Assembly: GCA_964016885.1 (NCBI GenBank)
Contig: OZ024740.1
Location: 32,178,001 to 32,242,000 of the forward strand
Length of the DNA: 64,000 nucleotides
From: Eledone cirrhosa
Taxonomy: Eukaryota
Reading direction: 5' to 3'
The notes beneath the pieces are model-generated. The model did not search any database, was not told where the DNA came from, and saw only the letters and a program-made list of their open reading frames with translations. Made by a program: the position numbers and the translations under genes. Of this stretch, positions 28,435 through 42,190 are shown in pieces. Numbering within the stretch: position 1 is the first letter of the stretch; each line of letters opens with the position of its first letter.

Positions 28435-31400
28435 AGTATCTCCTTCCCATTCTAATATCTGACAGTATCTCCTTCCCAATCTAATATCTGATAGTATCTC
28501 CTTCCCAATCTAATGTCTGATAGTATCTCCTTCCCAATCTAATATCTGATAGTATCTCCTTCCCAATCTAATATCTGATAGTATCTCCTTCCCAATCCAA
28601 TGTCTGACAGTATCTCCTTCCCATTCTAATATCTGACAGTAACTCCTTCCCAATGTAATATCTGATAGTAACTCCTTCCCAATCTAATGTCTGATAGTAT
28701 CTCCTTCTCAATCTAATATCTGACAGTAACTCCTTCCCAATCTAATATCTGATAGTATCTCCTTCCCAATCTAATGTCTGACAGTATCTCCTTCCCAATC
28801 TAATATCTGATAGTATCTCCTTCCCAATCTAATATCTGATAGTAACTCCATCCCAATCTAATATCTGATAGTATCTCCTTCCCAATCTAATGTCTGACAG
28901 TAACTCCTTCCCAATCTAATATCTGATAGTATCTCCTTCCCAATCTAATGTCTGACAGTATCTCCTTCCCAATCTAATATCTGATAGTATCTCCTTCCCA
29001 ATCTAATATCTGACAGTAACTCCTTCCCAATCTAATATCTGACAGTATCTCCTTCCCAATCTAATGTCTGACAGTATCTCCTTCCATTCTAATATCTGAC
29101 AGTAACTCCTTCCCAATGTAATATCTGATAGTATCTCCTTCCCAATCTAATATCTGATAGTACCTCCTTCCCAATCTAATGTCTGATAGTATCTCCTTCC
29201 CATTCTAATATCTGACAGTATCTCCTTCCCATTCTAATGTCTGATAGTATCTCCTTCCCATTCTAATATCTGACAGTATCTTCTTCCCATTCTAATGTCT
29301 GATAGTATCCCCTTCCCATTCTAATATCTGATAGTATCTCCTTCCCAATCTAATGTCTGATAGTATCTCCTTCCCAATCTAATATCTGATAGTATCTCCT
29401 TCCCATTCTAATGTCTGATAGTAACTCCTTCCCAATGTAATATCTGATAGTATCTCCTTCCCAATCTAATATCTGATAGTATCTCCTTCCCAATCTAATA
29501 TCTGATAGTATCTCCTTCCCAATATAATGTCTGATAGTATCTCCTTCCCAATCTAATATCTGACAGTAACTCCTTCCCAATCTAATATCTGACAGTAACT
29601 CCTTCCCAGTGTAATATCTGATAGTAACTCCTTCCCATTCTAATATCTGATAGTAACTCCTTCCCATTCTAATATCTGATAGTATCCCCTTCCCAATCTA
29701 ATGTCTGATAGTATCTCCTTCCCAATCTAATATCTGACAGTAACTCCTTCCCAATCTAATATCTGATAGTATCTCCTTCCCAATCTAATATCTGATAGTA
29801 TCTCCTTCCCAATCTAATGTCTGATAGTATCTCCTTCCCATTCTAATATCTGACAGTATCTCCTTCCCATTCTAATATCTGACAGTATCTCCTTCCCATT
29901 CTAATATCTGATAGTATCTCCTTCCCAATCTAATATCTGACAGTAACTCCTTCCCAATCTAATTTCTGATAGTATCTCCTTCCCAATCTAATATCTGATA
30001 GTATCTCCTTCCCAATCTAATGTCTGATAATATCTCCTTACCATTCTAATATCTGACAGTATCTCCTTCCCATTCTAATATCTGACAGTATCTCCTTCCC
30101 AATCTAATATCTGATAGTATCTCCTTCCCAATCTAATGTCTGATAGTATCTCCTTCCCAATCTAATATCTGATAGTATCTCGTTCCCAATCTAATGTCTG
30201 ACAGTATCTCCTTCCCATTCTAATATCTGACAGTAACTCCTTCCCAATGTAATATCTGATAGTAACTCCTTCCCAATCTAATGTCTGAATGTATCTCCTT
30301 CTCAATCTAATATCTGACAGTAACTCCTTCCCAATCTAATATCTGATAGTATCTCCTTCCCAATCTAATGTCTGATAGTATCTCCTTTCCATTCTAATAT
30401 CTGATAGTATCTCCTTCCCATTCTAATATCTGATAGTATCTCCTTCCCAATCTAATATCTGACAGTAACTCCTTCCCAATCTAATATCTGACAGTAACTC
30501 CTTCCCAGTGTAATATCTGATAGTAACTCCTTCCCATTCTAATATCTGATAGTAACTCCTTCCCATTCTAATATCTGATAGTATCCCCTTCCCAATCTAA
30601 TGTCTGATAGTATCTCCTTCCCAATCTAATATCTGACAGTAACTCCTTCCCAATCTAATATCTGATAGTATCTCCTTCCCAATCTAATATCTGATAGTAT
30701 CTCCTTCCCAATCTAATGTCTGATAGTATCTCCTTCCCATTCTAATATCTGACAGTATCTCCTTCCCAATCTAATATCTGATAGTATCTCCTTCCCAATC
30801 TAATGTCTGATAGTATCTCCTTCCCAATCTAATATCTGATAGTATCTCCTTCCCAATCTAATATCTGATAGTATCTCCTTCCCAATCCAATGTCTGACAG
30901 TATCTCCTTCCCATTCTAATATCTGACAGTAACTCCTTCCCAATGTAATATCTGATAGTAACTCCTTCCCAATCTAATGTCTGATAGTATCTCCTTCTCA
31001 ATCTAATATCTGACAGTAACTCCTTCCCAATCTAATATCTGATAGTATCTCCTTCCCAATCTAATGTCTGACAGTATCTCCTTCCCAATCTAATATCTGA
31101 TAGTATCTCCTTCCCAATCTAATATCTGATAGTAACTCCATCCCAATCTAATATCTGATAGTATCTCCTTCCCAATCTAATGTCTGACAGTAACTCCTTC
31201 CCAATCTAATATCTGATAGTATCTCCTTCCCAATCTAATGTCTGACAGTATCTCCTTCCCAATCTAATATCTGATAGTATCTCCTTCCCAATCTAATATC
31301 TGACAGTAACTCCTTCCCAATCTAATATCTGACAGTATCTCCTTCCCAATCTAATGTCTGACAGTATCTCCTTCCATTCTAATATCTGACAGTAACTCCT

Positions 31401-33058
31401 TCCCAATGTAATATCTGATAGTATCTCCTTCCCAATCTAATATCTGATAGTACCTCCTTCCCAATCTAATGTCTGATAGTATCTCCTTCCCATTCTAATA
31501 TCTGACAGTATCTCCTTCCCATTCTAATGTCTGATAGTATCTCCTTCCCATTCTAATATCTGACAGTATCTTCTTCCCATTCTAATGTCTGATAGTATCC
31601 CCTTCCCATTCTAATATCTGATAGTATCTCCTTCCCAATCTAATGTCTGATAGTATCTCCTTCCCAATCTAATATCTGATAGTATCTCCTTCCCATTCTA
31701 ATGTCTGATAGTAACTCCTTCCCAATGTAATATCTGATAGTATCTCCTTCCCAATCTAATATCTGATAGTATCTCCTTCCCAATCTAATATCTGATAGTA
31801 TCTCCTTCCCAATATAATGTCTGATAGTATCTCCTTCCCAATCTAATATCTGACAGTAACTCCTTCCCAATCTAATATCTGACAGTAACTCCTTCCCAGT
31901 GTAATATCTGATAGTAACTCCTTCCCATTCTAATATCTGATAGTAACTCCTTCCCATTCTAATATCTGATAGTATCCCCTTCCCAATCTAATGTCTGATA
32001 GTATCTCCTTCCCAATCTAATATCTGACAGTAACTCCTTCCCAATCTAATATCTGATAGTATCTCCTTCCCAATCTAATATCTGATAGTATCTCCTTCCC
32101 AATCTAATGTCTGATAGTATCTCCTTCCCATTCTAATATCTGACAGTATCTCCTTCCCATTCTAATATCTGACAGTATCTCCTTCCCATTCTAATATCTG
32201 ATAGTATCTCCTTCCCAATCTAATATCTGACAGTAACTCCTTCCCAATCTAATTTCTGATAGTATCTCCTTCCCAATCTAATATCTGATAGTATCTCCTT
32301 CCCAATCTAATGTCTGATAATATCTCCTTACCATTCTAATATCTGACAGTATCTCCTTCCCATTCTAATATCTGACAGTATCTCCTTCCCAATCTAATAT
32401 CTGATAGTATCTCCTTCCCAATCTAATGTCTGATAGTATCTCCTTCCCAATCTAATATCTGATAGTATCTCGTTCCCAATCTAATGTCTGACAGTATCTC
32501 CTTCCCATTCTAATATCTGACAGTAACTCCTTCCCAATGTAATATCTGATAGTAACTCCTTCCCAATCTAATGTCTGAATGTATCTCCTTCTCAATCTAA
32601 TATCTGACAGTAACTCCTTCCCAATCTAATATCTGATAGTATCTCCTTCCCAATCTAATGTCTGATAGTATCTCCTTTCCATTCTAATATCTGATAGTAT
32701 CTCCTTCCCATTCTAATATCTGATAGTATCTCCTTCCCAATCTAATATCTGACAGTAACTCCTTCCCAATCTAATATCTGACAGTAACTCCTTCCCAGTG
32801 TAATATCTGATAGTAACTCCTTCCCATTCTAATATCTGATAGTAACTCCTTCCCATTCTAATATCTGATAGTATCCCCTTCCCAATCTAATGTCTGATAG
32901 TATCTCCTTCCCAATCTAATATCTGACAGTAACTCCTTCCCAATCTAATATCTGATAGTATCTCCTTCCCAATCTAATATCTGATAGTATCTCCTTCCCA
33001 ATCTAATGTCTGATAGTATCTCCTTCCCATTCTAATATCTGACAGTATCTCCTTCCCA
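28435..33058. repeat. Near-identical tandem duplication, period 2,290 bp (79 monomers)
   Basis: Markers at +2290: AATCCAA 28598/30888, GTACCTC 29163/31453, AATATAA 29521/31811, AATTTCTG 29961/32251, CGTTCCC 30181/32471, CTGAATG ~30288/32578, plus identical ORFs 29350/31640. 79x29-1. Confidence 0.93.
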
Positions 33059-36000
33059 TTCTAATATCTGACAGTATCTCCTTCCCATTCTAATATCTGA
33101 TAGTATCTCCTTCCCAATCTAATATCTGACAGTAACTCCTTCCCAATCTAATATCTGATAGTATCTCCTTCCCAATCTAATATCTGATAGTATCTCCTTC
33201 CCAATCTAATGTCTGATAGTATCTCCTTCCCATTCTAATATCTGACAGTATCTCCTTCCCATTCTAATATCTGACAGTATCTCCTTCCCAATCTAATATC
33301 TGATAGTATCTCCTTCCCAATCTAATGTCTGATAGTATCTCCTTCCCAATCTAATATCTGATAGTATCTCCTTCCCAATCTAATATCTGATAGTATCTCC
33401 TTCCCAATCTAATGCCTGACAGTATCTCCTTCCCATTCTAATATCTGACAGTAACTCCTTCCCAATGTAATATCTGATAGTAACTCCTTCCCAATCTAAT
33501 GTCTGATAGTATCTCCTTCTCAATCTAATATCTGACAGTAACTCCTTCCCAATCTAATATCTGATAGTATCTCCTTCCCAATCTAATGTCTGACAGTATC
33601 TCCTTCCCAATCTAATATCTGATAGTATCTCCTTCCCAATCTAATATCTGATAGTAACTCCATCCCAATCTAATATCTGATAGTATCTCCTTCCCAATCT
33701 AATGTCTGACAGTAACTCCTTCCCAATCTAATATCTGATAGTATCTCCTTCCCAATCTAATGTCTGACAGTATCTCCTTCCCAATCTAATATCTGACAGT
33801 AACTCCTTCCCAATCTAATATCTGACAGTATCTCCTTCCCAATCTAATGTCTGACAGTATCTCCTTCCATTCTAATATCTGACAGTAACTCCTTCCCAAT
33901 GTAATATCTGATAGTATCTCCTTCCCAATCTAATATCTGATAGTATCTCCTTCCCAATCTAATGTCTGATAGTATCTCCTTCCCATTCTAATATCTGACA
34001 GTATCTCCTTCCCATTCTAATGTCTGATAGTATCTCCTTCCCATTCTAATATCTGACAGTATCTTCTTCCCATTCTAATGTCTGATAGTATCCCCTTCCC
34101 ATTCTAATATCTGATAGTATCTCCTTCCCAATCTAATGTCTGATAGTATCTCCTTCCCAATCTAATATCTGATAGTATCTCCTTCCCAATCTAATGTCTG
34201 ATAGTATCTCCTTCCCAATCTAATATCTGACAGTAACTCCTTCCCAATCTAATATCTGACAGTAACTCCTTCCCAGTGTAATATCTGATAGTAACTCCCT
34301 CCCATTCTAATATCTGATAGTAACTCCTTCCCATTCTAATATCTGATAGTATCCCCTTCCCAATCTAATGTCTGATAGTATCTCCTTCCCAATCTAATAT
34401 CTGACAGTAACTCCTTCCCAATCTAATATCTGATAGTATCTCCTTCCCAATCTAATATCTGATAGTATCTCCTTCCCAATCTAATGTCTGATAGTATCTC
34501 CTTCCCATTCTAATATCTGACAGTATCTCCTTCCCATTCTAATATCTGACAGTATCTCCTTCCCATTCTAATATCTGATAGTATCTCCTTCCCAATCTAA
34601 TATCTGACAGTAACTCCTTCCCAATCTAATATCTGATAGTATCTCCTTCCCAATCTAATATCTGATAGTATCTCCTTCCCAATCTAATGTCTGATAGTAT
34701 CTCCTTCCCATTCTAATATCTGACAGTATCTCCTTCCCATTCTAATATCTGACAGTATCTCCTTCCCAATCTAATATCTGATAGTATCTCCTTCCCAATC
34801 TAATGTCTGATAGTATCTCCTTCCCAATCTAATATCTGATAGTATCTCCTTCCCAATCTAATATCTGATAGTATCTCCTTCCCAATCTAATGTCTGACAG
34901 TATCTCCTTCCCATTCTAATATCTGACAGTAACTCCTTCCCAATGTAATATCTGATAGTAACTCCTTCCCAATCTAATGTCTGATAGTATCTCCTTCTCA
35001 ATCTAATATCTGACAGTAACTCCTTCCCAATCTAATATCTGATAGTATCTCCTTCCCAATCTAATGTCTGACAGTATCTCCTTCCCAATCTAATATCTGA
35101 TAGTATCTCCTTCCCAATCTAATATCTGATAGTAACTCCATCCCAATCTAATATCTGATAGTATCTCCTTCCCAATCTAATGTCTGACAGTAACTCCTTC
35201 CCAATCTAATATCTGATAGTATCTCCTTCCCAATCTAATGTCTGACAGTATCTCCTTCCCAATCTAATATCTGATAGTATCTCCTTCCCAATCTAATATC
35301 TGACAGTAACTCCTTTCCAATCTAATATCTGACAGTATCTCCTTCCCAATCTAATGTCTGACAGTATCTCCTTCCATTCTAATATCTGACAGTAACTCCT
35401 TCCCAATGTAATATCTGATAGAATCTCCTTCCCAATCTAATATCTGATAGTATCTCCTTCCCAATCTAATGTCTGATAGTATCTCCTTCCCATTCTAATA
35501 TCTGACAGTATCTTCTTCCCATTCTAATGTCTGATAGTATCTCCTTCCCATTCTAATATCTGACAGTATCTTCTTCCCATTCTAATGTCTGATAGTATCC
35601 CCTTCCCATTCTAATATCTGATAGTATCTCCTTCCCAATCTAATATCTGATAGTATCTCCTTCCCAATCTAATATCTGATAGTATCTCCTTCCCATTCTA
35701 ATGTCTGATAGTAACTCCTTCCCAATGTAATATCTGATAGTATCTCCTTCCCAATCTAATATCTGATAGTATCTCCTTCCCAATCTAATATCTGATAGTA
35801 TCTCCTTCCCAATCTAATGTCTGATAGTATCTCCTTCTCAATCTAATATCTGATAGTATCTCCTTCCCAATCTAATATCTGATAGTATCTCCTTCCCAAT
35901 CTAATGTCTGACAGTATCTCCTTCCCATTCTAATATCTGACAGTAACTCCTTCCCAATGTAATATCTGATAGTAACTCCTTCCCAATCTAATGTCTGATA

Positions 36001-36419
36001 GTATCTCCTTCTCAATCTAATATCTGACAGTAACTCCTTCCCAATCTAATATCTGATAGTATCTCCTTCCCAATCTAATGTCTGACAGTATCTCCTTCCC
36101 AATCTAATATCTGATAGTATCTCCTTCCCAATCTAATATCTGATAGTAACTCCTTCCCAATCTAATATCTGATAGTATCTCCTTCCCAATCTAATGTCTG
36201 ACAGTAACTCCTTCCCAATCTAATATCTGATAGTATCTCCTTCCCAATCTAATGTCTGACAGTATCTCCTTCCCAATCTAATATCTGATAGTATCTCCTT
36301 CCCAATCTAATATCTGACAGTAACTCCTTCCCAATCTAATATCTGACAGTATCTCCTTCCCAATCCAATGTCTGACAGTATCTCCTTCCATTCTAATATC
36401 TGACAGTAACTCCTTCTCA

Positions 36420-39400
36420 ATGTAATATCTGATAGTATCTCCTTCCCAATCTAATATCTGATAGTATCTCCTTCCCAATCTAATGTCTGATAGTATCTCC
36501 TTCCCATTCTAATATCTGACAGTATCTCCTTCCCATTCTAATGTCTGATAGTAACTCCTTCCCAATCTAATGTCTGATAGTATCTCCTTCCCAATCTAAT
36601 GTCTGACAGTAACTCCTTCCCATTCTAATATCTGATAGTATCTCCTTCCCAATCTAATGTCTGATAGTATCTCCTTCCCAATCTAATATCTGACAGTATC
36701 TCCTTCCCAATCTAATGTCTGATAGTATCTCCTTCTCATTCTAATATCTGATAGTATCTCCTTCCCAATCTAATGTCTGATAGTATCTCCTTCCCAATCT
36801 AATATCTGACAGTAACTCCTTCCCAATCTAATATCTGATAGTATCTCCTTCCCAATCTAATGTCTGATAGTATCTCCTTTCCATTCTAATATCTGATAGT
36901 ATCTCCTTCCCATTCTAATATCTGATAGTATCTCCTTCCCAATCTAATATCTGACAGTAACTCCTTCCCAATCTAATATCTGACAGTAACTCCTTCCCAG
37001 TGTAATATCTGATAGTAACTCCTTCCCATTCTAATATCTGATAGTAACTCCTTCCCATTCTAATATCTGATAGTATCCCCTTCCCAATCTAATGTCTGAT
37101 AGTATCTCCTTCCCAATCTAATATCTGACAGTAACTCCTTCCCAATCTAATATCTGATAGTATCTCCTTCCCAATCTAATATCTGATAGTATCTCCTTCC
37201 CAATCTAATGTCTGATAGTATCTCCTTCCCATTCTAATATCTGACAGTATCTCCTTCCCATTCTAATATCTGACAGTATCTCCTTCCCATTCTAATATCT
37301 GATAGTATCTCCTTCCCAATCTAATATCTGACAGTAACTCCTTCCCAATCTAATATCTGATAGTATCTCCTTCCCAATCTAATATCTGATAGTATCTCCT
37401 TCCCAATCTAATGTCTGATAGTATCTCCTTCCCATTCTAATATCTGACAGTATCTCCTTCCCAATCTAATATCAGATAGTATCTCCTTCCCAATCTAATG
37501 TCTGATAGTATCTCCTTCCCAATCTAATATCTGATAGTATCTCCTTCCCAATCTAATATCTGATAGTATCTCCTTCCCAATCTAATGTCTGACAGTATCT
37601 CCTTCCCATTCTAATATCTGACAGTAACTACTTCCCAATGTAATATCTGATAGTAACTCCTTCCCAATCTAATGTCTGATAGTATCTCCTTCTCAATCTA
37701 ATATCTGACAGTAACTCCTTCCCAATCTAATATCTGATAGTATCTCCTTCCCAATCTAATGTCTGACAGTATCTCCTTCCCAATCTAATATCTGATAGTA
37801 TCTCCTTCCCAATCTAATATCTGATAGTAACTCCATCCCAATCTAATATCTGATAGTATCTCCTTCCCAATCTAATGTCTGACAGTAACTCCTTCCCAAT
37901 CTAATATCTGACAGTATCTCCTTCCCAATCTAATGTCTGACAGTATCTCCTTCCATTCTAATATCTGACAGTAACTCCTTGCCAATGTAATATCTGATAG
38001 TATCTCCTTCCCAATCTAATATCTGATAGTATCTCCTTCCCAATCTAATGTCTGATAGTATCTCCTTCCCATTCTAATATCTGACAGTATCTCCTTCCCA
38101 TTCTAATGTCTGATAGTATCTCCTTCCCATTCTAATATCTGACAGTATCTTCTTCCCATTCTAATGTCTGATAGTATCCCCTTCCCATTCTAATATCTGA
38201 TAGTATCTCCTTCCCAATCTAATGTCTGATAGTATCTCCTTCCCAATCTAATATCTGATAGTATCTCCTTCCCATTCTAATGTCTGATAGTAACTCCTTC
38301 CCAATGTAATATCTGATAGTATCTCCTTCCCAATCTAATATCTGATAGTATCTCCTTCCCAATCTAATATCTGATAGTATCTCCTTCCCAATCTAATGTC
38401 TGATAGTATCTCCTTCCCAATCTAATATCTGACAGTAACTCCTTCCCAATCTAATATCTGACATTAACTCCTTTCCAGTGTAATATCTGATAGTAACTCC
38501 TTCCCATTCTAATATCTGATAGTAACTCCTTCCCATTCTAATATCTGATAGTATCCCCTTCCCAATCTAATGTCTGATAGTATCTCCTTCCCAATCTAAT
38601 ATCAGACAGTAACTCCTTCCCAATCTAATATCTGATAGTATCCCCTTCCCAATCTAATATCTGATAGTATCTCCTTCCCAATCTAATGTCTGATAGTATC
38701 TCCTTCCCATTCTAATGTCTGACAGTATCTCCTTCCCATTCTAATATCTGACAGTATCTCCTTCCCATTCTAATATCTGATAGTATCTCCTTTCCAATCT
38801 AATATCTGACAGTAACTCCTTCCCAATCTAATATCTGATAGTATCTCCTTCCCAATCTAATATCTGATAGTATCTCCTTCCCAATCTAATGTCTGATAGT
38901 ATCTCCTTCCCATTCTAATATCTGACAGTATCTCCTTCCCATTCTAATATCTGACAGTATCTCCTTCCCAATCTAATATCTGATAGTATCTCCTTCCCAA
39001 TCTAATGTCTGATAGTATCTCCTTCCCAATCTAATGTCTGATAGTATCTCCTTCCCAATCTAATATCTGATAGTATCTCCTTCCCAATCTAATATCTGAT
39101 AGTATCTCCTTCCCAATCTAATGTCTGACAGTATCTCCTTCCCATTCTAATATCTGACAGTAACTCCTTCCCAATGTAATATCTGATAGTAACTCCTTCC
39201 CAATCTAATGTCTGATAGTATCTCCTTCTCAATCTAATATCTGACAGTAACTCCTTCCCAATCTAATATCTGATAGTATCTCCTTCCCAATCTAATGTCT
39301 GACAGTATCTCCTTCCCAATCTAATATCTGATAGTATCTCCTTCCCAATCTAATATCTGATAGTAACTCCTTCCCAATCTAATATCTGATAGTATCTCCT

Positions 39401-42190
39401 TCCCAATCTAATGTCTGACAGTATCTCCTTCCCAATCTAATATCTGATAGTATCTCCTTCCCAATCTAATATCTGACAGTAACTCCTTCCCAATCTAATA
39501 TCTGACAGTATCTCCTTCCCAATCTAATGTCTGACAGTATCTCCTTCCATTCTAATATCTGACAGTAACTCCTTCCCAATGTAATATCTGATAGTATCTC
39601 CTTCCCAATCTAATATCTGATAGTATCTCCTTCCCAATCTAATGTCTGATAGTATCTCCTTCCCATTCTAATATCTGACAGTATCTCCTTCCCATTCTAA
39701 TGTCTGATAGTAACTCCTTCCCAATCTAATGTCTGATAGTATCTCCTTCCCAATCTAATGTCTGACAGTAACTCCTTCCCATTCTAATATCTGATAGTAT
39801 CTCCTTCCCAATCTAATGTCTGATAGTATCTCCTTCCCAATCTAATATCTGACAGTATCTCCTTCCCAATCTAATGTCTGATAGTATCTCCTTCTCATTC
39901 TAATATCTGATAGTATCTCCTTCCCAATCTAATGTCTGATAGTATCTCCTTCCCAATCTAATATCTGACAGTAACTCCTTCCCAATCTAATATCTGATAG
40001 TATCTCCTTCCCAATCTAATGTCTGATAGTATCTCCTTTCCATTCTAATATCTGATAGTATCTCCTTCCCATTCTAATATCTGATAGTATCTCCTTCCCA
40101 ATCTAATATCTGACAGTAACTCCTTCCCAATCTAATATCTGACAGTAACTCCTTCCCAGTGTAATATCTGATAGTAACTCCTTCCCATTCTAATATCTGA
40201 TAGTAACTCCTTCCCATTCTAATATCTGATAGTATCCCCTTCCCAATCTAATGTCTGATAGTATCTCCTTCCCAATCTAATATCTGACAGTAACTCCTTC
40301 CCAATCTAATATCTGATAGTATCTCCTTCCCAATCTAATATCTGATAGTATCTCCTTCCCAATCTAATGTCTGATAGTATCTCCTTCCCATTCTAATATC
40401 TGACAGTATCTCCTTCCCATTCTAATATCTGACAGTATCTCCTTCCCATTCTAATATCTGATAGTATCTCCTTCCCAATCTAATATCTGACAGTAACTCC
40501 TTCCCAATCTAATATCTGATAGTATCTCCTTCCCAATCTAATATCTGATAGTATCTCCTTCCCAATCTAATGTCTGATAGTATCTCCTTCCCATTCTAAT
40601 ATCTGACAGTATCTCCTTCCCAATCTAATATCAGATAGTATCTCCTTCCCAATCTAATGTCTGATAGTATCTCCTTCCCAATCTAATATCTGATAGTATC
40701 TCCTTCCCAATCTAATATCTGATAGTATCTCCTTCCCAATCTAATGTCTGACAGTATCTCCTTCCCATTCTAATATCTGACAGTAACTCCTTCCCAATGT
40801 AATATCTGATAGTAACTCCTTCCCAATCTAATGTCTGATAGTATCTCCTTCTCAATCTAATATCTGACAGTAACTCCTTCCCAATCTAATATCTGATAGT
40901 ATCTCCTTCCCAATCTAATGTCTGACAGTATCTCCTTCCCAATCTAATATCTGATAGTATCTCCTTCCCAATCTAATTTCTGATAGTAACTCCATCCCAA
41001 TCTAATATCTGATAGTATCTCCTTCCCAATCTAATGTCTGACAGTAACTCCTTCCCAATCTAATATCTGACAGTATCTCCTTCCCAATCTAATGTCTGAC
41101 AGTATCTCCTTCCATTCTAATATCTGACAGTAACTCCTTCCCAATGTAATATCTGATAGTATCTCCTTCCCAATCTAATATCTGATAGTATCTCCTTCCC
41201 AATCTAATGTCTGATAGTATCTCCTTCCCATTCTAATATCTGACAGTATCTCCTTCCCATTCTAATGTCTGATAGTATCTCCTTCCCATTCTAATATCTG
41301 ACAGTATCTTCTTCCCATTCTAATGTCTGATAGTATCCCCTTCCCATTCTAATATCTGATAGTATCTCCTTCCCAATCTAATGTCTGATAGTATCTCCTT
41401 CCCAATCTAATATCTGATAGTATCTCCTTCCCATTCTAATGTCTGATAGTAACTCCTTCCCAATGTAATATCTGATAGTATCTCCTTCCCAATCTAATAT
41501 CTGATAGTATCTCCTTCCCAATCTAATATCTGATAGTATCTCCTTCCCAATCTAATGTCTGATAGTATCTCCTTCCCAATCTAATATCTGACAGTAACTC
41601 CTTCCCAATCTAATATCTGACATTAACTCCTTTCCAGTGTAATATCTGATAGTAACTCCTTCCCATTCTAATATCTGATAGTAACTCCTTCCCATTCTAA
41701 TATCTGATAGTATCCCCTTCCCAATCTAATGTCTGATAGTATCTCCTTCCCAATCTAATATCAGACAGTAACTCCTTCCCAATCTAATATCTGATAGTAT
41801 CTCCTTCCCAATCTAATATCTGATAGTATCTCCTTCCCAATCTAATGTCTGATAGTATCTCCTTCCCATTCTAATATCTGACAGTATCTCCTTCCCATTC
41901 TAATATCTGACAGTATCTCCTTCCCATTCTAATATCTGATAGTATCTCCTTTCCAATCTAATATCTGACAGTAACTCCTTCCCAATCTAATATCTGATAG
42001 TATCTCCTTCCCAATCTAATATCTGATAGTATCTCCTTCCCAATCTAATGTCTGATAGTATCTCCTTCCCATTCTAATATCTGACAGTATCTCCTTCCCA
42101 TTCTAATATCTGACAGTATCTCCTTCCCAATCTAATATCTGATAGTATCTCCTTCCCAATCTAATGTCTGATAGTATCTCCTTCCCAATC
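36420..42190. repeat. Older duplication, offset 3,159 bp (109 monomers), nested inside the 8,174-bp unit
   Basis: Markers at +3159: CAGTG 37000/40159 and 38478/41637, ATCAGAT 37474/40633, ACATTAAC 38464/41623. The copies differ at 37630, 37981 and 40978. 109x29-2. Confidence 0.85.
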
